Shown one piece after another: positions 32,567 to 41,175 of a DNA stretch of 64,000 nt. The DNA comes from Pseudomonadota bacterium (GTDB lineage: Bacteria; Bdellovibrionota_B; Oligoflexia; Silvanigrellales; Silvanigrellaceae). Location of the stretch: positions 32,001 to 96,000 of the forward strand of contig JBDLRP010000013.1 in NCBI GenBank assembly GCA_039799905.1, given 5' to 3'. The notes beneath the pieces were generated by a model. The model was not told the DNA's origin. It saw only the letters and a program-made list of their open reading frames with translations, and did not search any database. The first letter of the stretch is position 1; every line of letters begins with the position of its first letter. Made by a program: the position numbers and the translations under genes.

Positions 32567-33457
32567 GTGGCTCAACAAACATTTCTTGGCGTGATTGGCG
32601 GCTCCGGCCTTTATGATCTCCCCGGAATTACCAATGTGCAGGAAAAATCAATCGCGACTCCATTCGGCATGCCCAGTGATGCGATCATCACCGGAACGCT
32701 TAACGGCCGGCAAGTTGCTTTTCTCCCGCGCCACGGAAAAGGCCACAGATTCACTCCCTCGGAAGTTAATTACCGAGCCAATATTTTTGCACTCAAATCG
32801 CTGGGGGTCACGCACATCCTCAGCGTCAGTGCAGTCGGCAGCCTGCAGGAAAAATATGCCCCGGGATGCGTTGTGATCCCCAAACAGTTGCTCGACAAAA
32901 CCGCGTACGTGCGTGAGCGAACGTTTTTCGGCAAGGGTGTCGTCGGGCACATCAGCCTCGCTGATCCTTACTGCCCACAGCTGCAGGAAATCGCGCTCTC
33001 AGCTTGTAAGCGCGAGGGCGTGACTGTTTTTCAAGAAGGGACTTATGTTTGCGTCGAAGGGCCGCGCTTTTCATCGCGGGCTGAAAGCCATTCATTCAGA
33101 AACGAGGGATGCGGAATCATCGGCATGACTGCAATGCCCGAGGCTTCGCTCGCACGCGAAGCAGAAATTCCCTACTGCACGTTGGCATTTGTCACCGATT
33201 ACGACTGCTGGAAAGAGCACGAAGAAGCTGTCTCGGTCGAGGCAGTCCTGGCTGTTCTCAAGAAAAATGTCGACGCCTCGAAGCGCATTGTAAAAAATAT
33301 TTTGGAAGCAATGCCGGAGTCATCCGACAACCCGATCTTCAACGCCGCGCAGTTTGCTCTGATGACATCACCAGAGGTCATTCCTGCGGAAACCAAGCGC
33401 GCCCTGTGGCCACTGTTCGGCAAATACTGGAGCAGCGGCGCGGGTCAGCATCACTGA
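32567..33457 (+). CDS. mtnP: S-methyl-5'-thioadenosine phosphorylase
   Basis: GVIGGSG, FLPRHG, NYRANI, EGPRFSSRAES, GMT..PEA.LARE, TDYDCW. Confidence 0.93.
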   Translation: MAQQTFLGVIGGSGLYDLPGITNVQEKSIATPFGMPSDAIITGTLNGRQVAFLPRHGKGHRFTPSEVNYRANIFALKSLGVTHILSVSAVGSLQEKYAPGCVVIPKQLLDKTAYVRERTFFGKGVVGHISLADPYCPQLQEIALSACKREGVTVFQEGTYVCVEGPRFSSRAESHSFRNEGCGIIGMTAMPEASLAREAEIPYCTLAFVTDYDCWKEHEEAVSVEAVLAVLKKNVDASKRIVKNILEAMPESSDNPIFNAAQFALMTSPEVIPAETKRALWPLFGKYWSSGAGQHH

Positions 33458-34308
33458 TGCCACGGCGCGGCCCGACGACGTTCAATCTGCGTCAACAGCT
33501 TTCGCTGCACGTCATTCCGGCATTCACCGACAACTATCTCTATGTTCTGCAAGGGTCTTCAACCGCTCAGTGTGCGGTCGTCGATCCGGGTGATGCCAAT
33601 TCCATCATGGGATTTCTCGCTCAACACCAACTGCAACTCTCGCATATTCTGCTGACCCATCATCACCGCGATCACACCGGCGGGGTCGCACAGCTGCTGG
33701 CTGCTTTTCCAACGGCAACAATCATTTGCTCCACTTGGATGAAGATTCCTGACAACTGGGCAACCGCACAACTCATCCGCATGAGCACCGGCGACGACAA
33801 AGATTACAATTTGTTTGGTCTGACCCTGAAGGCACTCGACGTCAGGGGACACACTTTGGATCACATCGCATTTGTGCTTCCAGCATCTCGGGACGATGAA
33901 GGACCATGCGAAGCGTTTGTCGGAGACTCGCTTTTTGGTGCTGGCTGCGGCGGTCTTTTTGAAGGGAGCTATGCGCAGATGCTGCAGGCCCTGACTCAAC
34001 TCCGCTCGCTGCCCGCGAATGCGCGTTTGTGGTGTGCCCACGAATACACTCTAAAGAACCTGCGCGTCGCCGTTCAACTTGGGGAAGACAACCCCGAGCA
34101 GGCAGCCCGACTCGCAAAACTCGAACATTCCGTTGCTCAGGCTGGCACAGAACCTCACGAATGGATGACCATACCCCTCGTACTTTCAGAGGAAATCGAG
34201 ACAAATCCATTTCTTAGATGGGACCAGCAGAGCCTGCAAAAAGCCATTGACACCCGCGGCAGTCTTGAAACATTCACTCATGTCAGACAATTTCGCGATC
34301 GGTTTTGA
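33457..34308 (+). CDS. gloB: Hydroxyacylglutathione hydrolase (glyoxalase II) family
   Basis: PAFTDNY, THHHRDH, GHT, GDSLFGAGCG, CAHEYT, ETNPFLR; TGATG overlap with mtnP. Confidence 0.9.
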   Translation: MPRRGPTTFNLRQQLSLHVIPAFTDNYLYVLQGSSTAQCAVVDPGDANSIMGFLAQHQLQLSHILLTHHHRDHTGGVAQLLAAFPTATIICSTWMKIPDNWATAQLIRMSTGDDKDYNLFGLTLKALDVRGHTLDHIAFVLPASRDDEGPCEAFVGDSLFGAGCGGLFEGSYAQMLQALTQLRSLPANARLWCAHEYTLKNLRVAVQLGEDNPEQAARLAKLEHSVAQAGTEPHEWMTIPLVLSEEIETNPFLRWDQQSLQKAIDTRGSLETFTHVRQFRDRF

Positions 34309-34341
34309 AAAGAAGAGACAAGCACAGGGACTCAGCAGCAA

Positions 34342-34734
34342 ATGGAAAATCTTTTCAGCTCGGTGAAAGTGATCAAGTGGCCGCACAAGGAAACTCCCAC
34401 GGAACAAAACGTGGCTGCGGAGATGCACAAGTACGGTTACCAGGTCTACGACCTGCAGACGATTCCACCTTGGTTTGAACGCTCACGCCACGCACATGAC
34501 TACGATGAAATCCGTGCGGCCGTAGCCGGTGTCACCACATTTCATTTCGACGATTTTCCTGTCACCATCGAAGCGGGCGACATTCTCATCATCCCCGGTG
34601 GAATTCCGCACGCCGTGCGCACACACAACGACAAGCCATTCACCGCCTACAAAGGTTCACTTTCCGGCGAGCGCTCGGTCACCGAACATGGCGACGGACG
34701 CGGCAGCGTTGAAGACCTTGCAAAAAACAAATGA
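34342..34734 (+). CDS. Cupin domain protein
   Basis: HAHDYDE and GDILIIPGGIPH cupin metal motifs. Confidence 0.85.
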   Translation: MENLFSSVKVIKWPHKETPTEQNVAAEMHKYGYQVYDLQTIPPWFERSRHAHDYDEIRAAVAGVTTFHFDDFPVTIEAGDILIIPGGIPHAVRTHNDKPFTAYKGSLSGERSVTEHGDGRGSVEDLAKNK

Positions 34735-34747
34735 GAGAAGCCAAACA

Positions 34748-35419
34748 ATGAATTTCTTCTTTTTCGACCTCGACGGCACGCTTGAGGACAGCCGAAAAGA
34801 CATGGTTGCCGCGGCAGCACACGTGCGCATGTCGCTTGGCCTGACAACACGAGAATTTTCGGCGCTGGTGCCGCACGTCAACAAGGGCATGCGCGAACTT
34901 TATCTCAATTGCTTTGATGATTTTATCAATTCCGCCAATACGCACGCGGCCCGCGAGGAAAAAATTCTCACAGTGCAGAAACACTACGAACAGCGCTACG
35001 CAGATTATATCGCAGTCGAAACAAAACTGTACGCCGGCATTCGCGCGGCACTCGAAGATGCGCGCAGCCTTGGCCGCGTAGCGGTGATCACCAACAAGCC
35101 CGAGCATTTGTCGGTTCGTCTGCTTGAATCGCTCGGTGTACTTCAGCTCATCGACCTTGTCGTCGGCGGCGACACATGCCACGAAGCCAAACCAAGTCCG
35201 GTGCCTCTGCGCTTCGCTCTGGAACGCTTGGGTGGAGACATCGCGCGCGACCAAGTCTTTATGATTGGCGACAGTCAGGGCGATGCACTTGCGGGCTCTC
35301 TGTGCGGTGCTCAGACGGTTTGGTGCGCTTGGGGATACCAAAGCGACGCGCCGACCCAACCGGCTCCACAACACGTCGCTTCAAGCCCCGATGATTTAAG
35401 ACAAATTTTCAGGCGCTAA
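34748..35419 (+). CDS. HAD-family phosphatase (Gph-like)
   Basis: FDLDGTL, TNK, KP, MIGDSQGD. Confidence 0.9.
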   Translation: MNFFFFDLDGTLEDSRKDMVAAAAHVRMSLGLTTREFSALVPHVNKGMRELYLNCFDDFINSANTHAAREEKILTVQKHYEQRYADYIAVETKLYAGIRAALEDARSLGRVAVITNKPEHLSVRLLESLGVLQLIDLVVGGDTCHEAKPSPVPLRFALERLGGDIARDQVFMIGDSQGDALAGSLCGAQTVWCAWGYQSDAPTQPAPQHVASSPDDLRQIFRR

Positions 35420-35494
35420 GTTTGTTCACTTTGACCTTGCGGGGGGCGGCGAATTGATCCATCCATCCGCCCTCACACAGACATCGGAGGAAGG

Positions 35495-35980
35495 GTGAAG
35501 TCCGTGTCCCGACTCACATCGACTGAAAGAGAAGATGCCTGGATCTACGACCTGCGCTTGCTCAATGGTCGCATCCGCGGACTCAAGGGAGTCCCATCCG
35601 TGCGCACGCGCGCCGTTTCGCTCGCCGACTGTCGAGGGTGGTGTTATCGCACACCTGCCGGCGAACGGGTTTCGCTGGAACTCAAAACATCGCTCCGTGA
35701 GTTTTATAAAGTACTAGATACAGATCCGGCAGCTCCCATCCTTATTAAGGCATGCGCAAAACTCTGGCTGAGATTGATGACCATCCGTCCGTTTATGGAT
35801 GGCAACCGCCGCACAGCCCGCGCGTTTTTAGCCCGTTGTTTCACTCAACAAGGACTCACGGTCAAAAGCTTTCAGGCGCTCAAAAAATTCCCCACCACCG
35901 GTCGACTTGACGAAGATCTGACGACCTGCCAACTCGCACTTGGTCGATGTCTGACAGCTGCGCAAAACAACGCTCATTGA
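35495..35980 (+). CDS. Small Fic/Doc-family protein with variant motif
   Basis: IRPFMDGNRRTAR resembles HPFxDGN(G/K)RxxR; GGAGG RBS before GTG. Confidence 0.7.
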   Translation: MKSVSRLTSTEREDAWIYDLRLLNGRIRGLKGVPSVRTRAVSLADCRGWCYRTPAGERVSLELKTSLREFYKVLDTDPAAPILIKACAKLWLRLMTIRPFMDGNRRTARAFLARCFTQQGLTVKSFQALKKFPTTGRLDEDLTTCQLALGRCLTAAQNNAH

Positions 35981-36115
35981 GTCTAACCAGGTAAATTTCC
36001 CAAACTGCTGAAATCAAAAGAGAGCCGACTGGTCGCAGAAGCGCGGTTGATGCATCTTTCGACGCGTTGTGAGCGGCCGAATGATTCAAAAAATTATCAG
36101 CCAAGGAGGCCCTTT

Positions 36116-36736
36116 ATGATCAGAACTTCAGCTGTGCGATGGTGCTTCGGATTATTGGCGCTGGCAGGAACGGCACTTTCTTTGATGCCTTCTGCCGAAG
36201 CAAATTCTCTTTATTGGAGAAGATATTCTCCAGCACACGTCGGCCCAGGTCCTGTTTTCATTGCACCGATAGGAAACATCTGGAACGGCGGCTGGTGGAT
36301 GTCAGTGGATGTGGGTCGCTCGCCGCTGAGCATCTGCCGCATCTCGGATGGTCCATCATGGTTTTATGGCAATTACTATGACGGACGCTGTGCCTACTAT
36401 TCACCTTCGCGGAGTGGCGCTCACTCCGTTGACATAGGCTTCGATCTTTTAGGTGGGAATAATTTTCCCAGATGGCGCCGACTGTCGGACGGCCATGTTC
36501 ACCCGCTTGATCTCGGATACCACAACCACGACCTTCTCGGTGACCCGGTCATTGGCCAGCAACAAGCTGTCCTCGATGCAGAACTGGCGGCTCTGTGCCG
36601 AATCCAACAGGCCGAGGGAGCTTTCATCGGGACAATCGTCGAAGGCGGCTGCTATGCCGCGTGGAATGGTCAAACCCTGGTATCCGCCGACTACGAAGTC
36701 GTCGAGCAGCACAGCGACGAGCCCACAGGCCGATAA
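36116..36736 (+). CDS. Secreted protein with two DM9/DUF3421-like repeats
   Basis: AAGGAGG RBS, signal peptide ending AEA; ICR...G....G.C and LCR...G....G.C...YEVV units. Confidence 0.6.
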   Translation: MIRTSAVRWCFGLLALAGTALSLMPSAEANSLYWRRYSPAHVGPGPVFIAPIGNIWNGGWWMSVDVGRSPLSICRISDGPSWFYGNYYDGRCAYYSPSRSGAHSVDIGFDLLGGNNFPRWRRLSDGHVHPLDLGYHNHDLLGDPVIGQQQAVLDAELAALCRIQQAEGAFIGTIVEGGCYAAWNGQTLVSADYEVVEQHSDEPTGR

Positions 36737-36874
36737 AAAATCGGAATGAGGGTGGGGTGCCATATTGACACCTCGCCCTGTCGGTCTTTCAGGGGGCAGT
36801 GCTATTCTCATGACATTGTCGAATTGGCGGGCAAACACCGCCTCCAATTCACGTGCCATGCGGGAGACGATCAA

Positions 36875-37630
36875 ATGGCTGCTCCAAAGCTTTCCGAACG
36901 CCGTGTATCTCAACGGTATGCGATGACCCCGAACGCCTATTGCGGTCATGTCGTATTTGAAAAAACTCTGGTGCTCCCGATGCTCGACATCAGCTATGGC
37001 GGATTTTCAGTTGCGATAGACAAACCGGAGCACGAATCACTCACGGAAACTTTGCCAAGAACGTCTGAAGTGGACATCGTGATTTTGGGCGTCGGGACAA
37101 CCGGCCGCGCAATTCGCGTGTTTGAAGGACGCCAGCGGTTGGGCTACGCATTCTGCCACGACACTGCGAGTGTATTGATTTTCCTGCGCCGTTTTATCGA
37201 ATTTATGCGCATGGGTGAGCATCTCAATCAGCTCGACAAGGATTTGCTCAAACCGCCCTACGATACCGGAGACTGGCTTTGCTTCCGCGGTGACGGACCG
37301 ACCGACGTCGTCATGCACAAGAACCGCAATGAAGCCAATTCGATTGATGAGGCGGTGATCACCTACCGAGAGAAAGAAACATACCGCTCAACGGAGTTCC
37401 GCAACGGTCGACTGTTTACAGCTGTGACTTCCGAGAGTGCGCAATCGGGCGGAAGCCGATCTGGACAAGATGCACAAGCCAACGAGGACATCCTGCGTAA
37501 ATCGGCGTGCGTCCTGATGGGCTACCTGCAATCTTGCAACTCAGCTCACCAGCCCTTCCTTTCCAGTTTGCTCAACGTGCTCCGCAAGCAACTGCTCACC
37601 TCACAGCAGGCAAAAGCAAGTCCGACCTGA
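36875..37630 (+). CDS. PilZ domain protein (c-di-GMP receptor)
   Basis: RRVSQR (RxxxR) and DISYGG (DxSxxG); start MAAPK behind GGGAG. Confidence 0.8.
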   Translation: MAAPKLSERRVSQRYAMTPNAYCGHVVFEKTLVLPMLDISYGGFSVAIDKPEHESLTETLPRTSEVDIVILGVGTTGRAIRVFEGRQRLGYAFCHDTASVLIFLRRFIEFMRMGEHLNQLDKDLLKPPYDTGDWLCFRGDGPTDVVMHKNRNEANSIDEAVITYREKETYRSTEFRNGRLFTAVTSESAQSGGSRSGQDAQANEDILRKSACVLMGYLQSCNSAHQPFLSSLLNVLRKQLLTSQQAKASPT

Positions 37631-37662
37631 CGGGTTTTGAGTAGTCAGTGATGGTGATGGAG

Positions 37663-37747
37663 TGGTGCGGACGGTGAGACTCGAACTCACATGCCTCTCG
37701 GCGCTGGCTTCTAAGACCAGTGCGTCTACCAATTTCGCCACGTCCGC
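37663..37747 (-). tRNA. tRNA-Leu (anticodon UAG)
   Basis: GCGGACG/CGTCCGC acceptor, CTGGT-CTTAGAA-GCCAG anticodon arm, long variable arm, TTCGAGT loop, CCA. Confidence 0.96.
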
Positions 37748-37804
37748 GCAGAGAAAAACAGAACAGACCGCTTCGGTATAGACGAAGCTCACGTCCGGCG
37801 CAAT

Positions 37805-39061
37805 TCAAGGTTGTCCGGCATTGACACTCAGGCGCAAAAAATAGCGCCGATCGGTACGGGCAGCATAACCTATCGGCCCCTCAACCCGAGCCACGTCACT
37901 GGCGACTTCAACAATCGCGAAGGGCATATCCCAGCTAAGTCCGTAGGAAAGACCATCACGGTGCCCACCAACCCTAAGAATGACCGGAGCTCCGCTCATC
38001 AGGTCGGGTTCGGCCTGACCCATCAGGTGCAGCTCGCATCCGCCTCCCACCTTACCCGCAAGCTCGAGCCTTTCGTCATTCAAGTGATGTCCTGCGGTAG
38101 TGCACTGGATTGCAAAGCTTTGCCTCAGCAGTGGCCAAGCAGCAACGCCCACGCTGATATTGGATTTTTGAATCACAGTTTGATGAGCCGAGCTGGCTGC
38201 CTTGTATCGGGTGTCGGCAACATCTTCGATCTTCAAACCAAAGGACGGTTTGAGTGCAAACTTGGGAAGGCGCACCGCGGCGCCGACGTCCACCGGATAG
38301 CCGCGGGTTTCGTTGAACTTGGCGCGCAGGGCTTTCGCCGAAGCACTGACCAGCGGCTCATCGAGTTCCACTGAGCCGATGAAATCGCTCCGCCATGTGG
38401 GCCTGACTGTGACACCAAGAAAGACACCCGTATTTTTATAGGGAACCGCAAATGAAAGACTTGTGCCACGTTCGACCGTCGCCCGCACGTCCATCTGCGA
38501 AGCAGTCTGACCATCCAAAGCGCTCGGCGACACCAAGGAAAGGCCGCCAAGAATATCTGGAATCTCGTTTGCAGAAGCACTCGCCGCAGAGTCCTGTCCA
38601 GAGCCCGTCGGTTGCCAAACGTAACCTTCGACACGGATTCTCCCAAACAATCCCCAGTGAATGGGGCCGACAGTAAATCCCGGAGTCATCGAAAAAAGGC
38701 CAAAGGGCGTTTGTTCATTTTGCGACGCTTTTAGAAAGTTCTCGAGTCTCTGCTGGGTTGAACCTTCACCTGAAAAATACGCCTTGGCCAAAGACTGCGT
38801 TGTTCCATTGCTCCCGACGGTTGCTGATGGGAACCAAAGACCGCGGAGAATTTCCTTGTTTTTGATTTTACCCTCTTGTCCGACCCATGCTGGATTGCTT
38901 TGTGGGGTTTCCCCCTGAGAGAGTCCGGCCATCGAAACAGTCGAGACACCCAGCCCCAACGCACGAATTCCATTGAGGTCGCGCACAGGTGGCAAAAGCT
39001 CCTGCGCCGCCGCATTGCCGGCCAACAAGCCGCACAGCGTTGAAAGCAAACGGGTGGCCAT
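37805..39061 (-). CDS. Putative outer-membrane beta-barrel protein (TraF-like)
   Basis: Signal peptide ending AAA-Q, IRALGLG...NPA N-terminal motif, amphipathic strands, RRYFLRLSV C-terminus. Confidence 0.6.
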   Translation of the reverse strand: MATRLLSTLCGLLAGNAAAQELLPPVRDLNGIRALGLGVSTVSMAGLSQGETPQSNPAWVGQEGKIKNKEILRGLWFPSATVGSNGTTQSLAKAYFSGEGSTQQRLENFLKASQNEQTPFGLFSMTPGFTVGPIHWGLFGRIRVEGYVWQPTGSGQDSAASASANEIPDILGGLSLVSPSALDGQTASQMDVRATVERGTSLSFAVPYKNTGVFLGVTVRPTWRSDFIGSVELDEPLVSASAKALRAKFNETRGYPVDVGAAVRLPKFALKPSFGLKIEDVADTRYKAASSAHQTVIQKSNISVGVAAWPLLRQSFAIQCTTAGHHLNDERLELAGKVGGGCELHLMGQAEPDLMSGAPVILRVGGHRDGLSYGLSWDMPFAIVEVASDVARVEGPIGYAARTDRRYFLRLSVNAGQP

Positions 39062-39259
39062 TCCCAATCGGGCCGACTTTGTGCAGCTCACTGTGCACCC
39101 CCTCTGAGAGGCATATCGGCAAACACGACCAACACTTGCAGCGGGCCGGGCGCCAACCAATTGGACAGCCGCCACAAAATTTCCTCTGCATCAAAAAAAA
39201 CAACCAAATAGAATAATAATAATTAGGTTGAGCCCAGCGAAAATGGAGTTAAGCAGCAC

Positions 39260-40210
39260 GTGTCTCTTCAGCCGCGCGCAGTCATATTCGCAGAAGAAAG
39301 AGTGACTGGCTTTGTCCAGATACTCCGTGAATTCCTGTTCAAACTCGGGTTCAGGCAAACGATCTGCACCACCAATCCGCTCGAAATATCGAACCTCATT
39401 CACACAAGTCACTGGCCGATTATTTTTATCGATCACACCGACGGCGTGAACGACGGGATGCAGCATTTCGAGGGTATATATAAAGTCTTGGGTCACCAAC
39501 TGCTGCCTATTGTGTTTACGGCGCCCTCCGACAACCAGCTGTTCGATTCCTTTTACCAAAGCCTCGGCGCCGTCGGCCTCATCAAAAAACCACTGCAAAC
39601 ATCCAATGCTGAAAAAATCGTCCGTGCGGTTATTCCGCAGCCCAATGATCCTGCAGTCCGGCTTGCACATCAGGTTTCAAAAGCGATGCTGCAGGGGCAT
39701 TACGGAACGGTCGAACAACAACTTGCTCGGCTGCGTGAAATTCCGCAGTTCCGAAGACACGCCGAGATCGCACTGCTGCGCGTCGAGATGGCAATGGGAA
39801 ATATGTCCAAGGCCAACGAGCGGTTCAGGTTGCTCCTACGCGACAGACCGCGAGACCTGAGAGTCCTTTCAGAGTACGCAGAATTTTTGAAGAAGAACGC
39901 GCTCTATTTCAATACGCTGAAATGCTACCAGCGCATCCAAAGCCTGCATCCGGAGTTGTCTTTCAAATTCTGGGATCAGGTCACCCTGCATATAGAATTG
40001 GAACAAATCGATGAAGCGGCGCGTCTCCTCGACTCGATGCAGCACGACGACACTTACCGCGACCTTGCCGCTGAAGCGCTGGCGCGGATGATGTACTTCA
40101 TGGGACTGCAGCACAACATCCCGAATTTTGTGAAGCTGTACCCGAATGCAACCAGAAACTATAACTTGTTCACCGGAACTTCGCCCAGCAAAAAAGTGAG
40201 CTCATCATGA
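39260..40210 (+). CDS. Atypical receiver domain plus TPR-like helical protein
   Basis: IFAEE, IIFIDH, VFT, IKKP receiver pattern followed by TPR-like helices. Confidence 0.6.
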   Translation: MSLQPRAVIFAEERVTGFVQILREFLFKLGFRQTICTTNPLEISNLIHTSHWPIIFIDHTDGVNDGMQHFEGIYKVLGHQLLPIVFTAPSDNQLFDSFYQSLGAVGLIKKPLQTSNAEKIVRAVIPQPNDPAVRLAHQVSKAMLQGHYGTVEQQLARLREIPQFRRHAEIALLRVEMAMGNMSKANERFRLLLRDRPRDLRVLSEYAEFLKKNALYFNTLKCYQRIQSLHPELSFKFWDQVTLHIELEQIDEAARLLDSMQHDDTYRDLAAEALARMMYFMGLQHNIPNFVKLYPNATRNYNLFTGTSPSKKVSSS

Positions 40211-41160
40211 GAACAGCGACCTTTCTTCTGGGCACCGCAGGGATTTTCCTTTCGTCCGCATTGGTATCCTGCGGCACGAGCCTCTACCGGCCGTTTTCCA
40301 TTAAAGACAGCAACGATGCCCTGCGTGAGGAAACGCTCATCCAGCTCAATCAGGGAAACTATGATTCCGCGGTCGAGTCGGCAAAAAAACTGTGGGACAA
40401 AGACAAAAGCAACAATTCAGCGAGTCTCTATTCAATAGCCTTGGCGAGTCAGTCGGGGGTCGGACTGTTTGATTTGATCGTCAATACAATCGACAAAACT
40501 GCGAGCTCGTCGTCAAACACATCAAGTGGCAGCAGCACGTCCAGCGGAAACAACGTCTTCAACACTCTCGAGAGCGTTCTGCCGACCTTCACACAGGCAC
40601 AGCTCGACACCTTGAAAAAAGCCATCGAAATTCTCGACTCAGCCCCTGAAAAAAATTCATCAAAATTGCTGTTTCAACGCTGCCTGACCGCAGCCATTTA
40701 CACGATTCCGACACTCAAAAACCTTCAGTCCGGAATCACGTCGGTTCAGTCCACATTGAATGGACTCCCGACAAAACTGGGGACAGCCGCGGGAGGCACA
40801 GGATGCAGCGCTTCGGCAGAAAGCATCAGCGCTGCTGCAGCTGAACTCTCGGCGGCCATCACCGACCTTGGTGACATCACAACCGACTTCACAACGGCAC
40901 TCGGCATCGTCGGTGAATGCTTCCCGAGCTCGCAGGGCAAGGACACTCTCAACACCGTCAGCCAACAGGTCAGCAAACTGAAAACCGCTGCCGACAAAGG
41001 CTGCACAGTTCCGGCCACGCAAAAAATCGGTAGCTACACGCTTCCCTCTTGCCTCAACGACACTATCAACGCCACAGGCGGCGGCAGTGCGGCGGCAAAC
41101 GATGGGAAAATAGACGGCTGTGAATTGTTCATCAACTGCACGTCGGGCACGTGTTTCTGA
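40207..41160 (+). CDS. Hypothetical Cys-rich lipoprotein
   Basis: Lipobox LVSC, Ser-rich linker, 8 further Cys; ATGA overlap with upstream gene. Confidence 0.75.
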   Translation: MRTATFLLGTAGIFLSSALVSCGTSLYRPFSIKDSNDALREETLIQLNQGNYDSAVESAKKLWDKDKSNNSASLYSIALASQSGVGLFDLIVNTIDKTASSSSNTSSGSSTSSGNNVFNTLESVLPTFTQAQLDTLKKAIEILDSAPEKNSSKLLFQRCLTAAIYTIPTLKNLQSGITSVQSTLNGLPTKLGTAAGGTGCSASAESISAAAAELSAAITDLGDITTDFTTALGIVGECFPSSQGKDTLNTVSQQVSKLKTAADKGCTVPATQKIGSYTLPSCLNDTINATGGGSAAANDGKIDGCELFINCTSGTCF

Positions 41161-41175
41161 GCTGTTTGAATCAGT

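Noticed and set aside
33109..33456. ORF-track N-terminal extensions (gloB from 33109; also carD 22869, HAD 34529, cobS 21182, cmk 49502)
   Set aside because: They overlap upstream genes or leaders; homology and RBS or stop-start overlaps support the later starts
36821..36850. GGGCAAAC...GCCTCC hairpin before the PilZ gene, reminiscent of a c-di-GMP-I riboswitch
   Set aside because: Lacks the GAAA tetraloop stem, GACGCAAA and the second helix; only a simple hairpin
35420..37750. Possible genomic island at the tRNA-Leu 3' end (Fic, DM9-like, PilZ genes)
   Set aside because: No integrase and no duplicated tRNA 3' end (att) seen; composition similar to flanks
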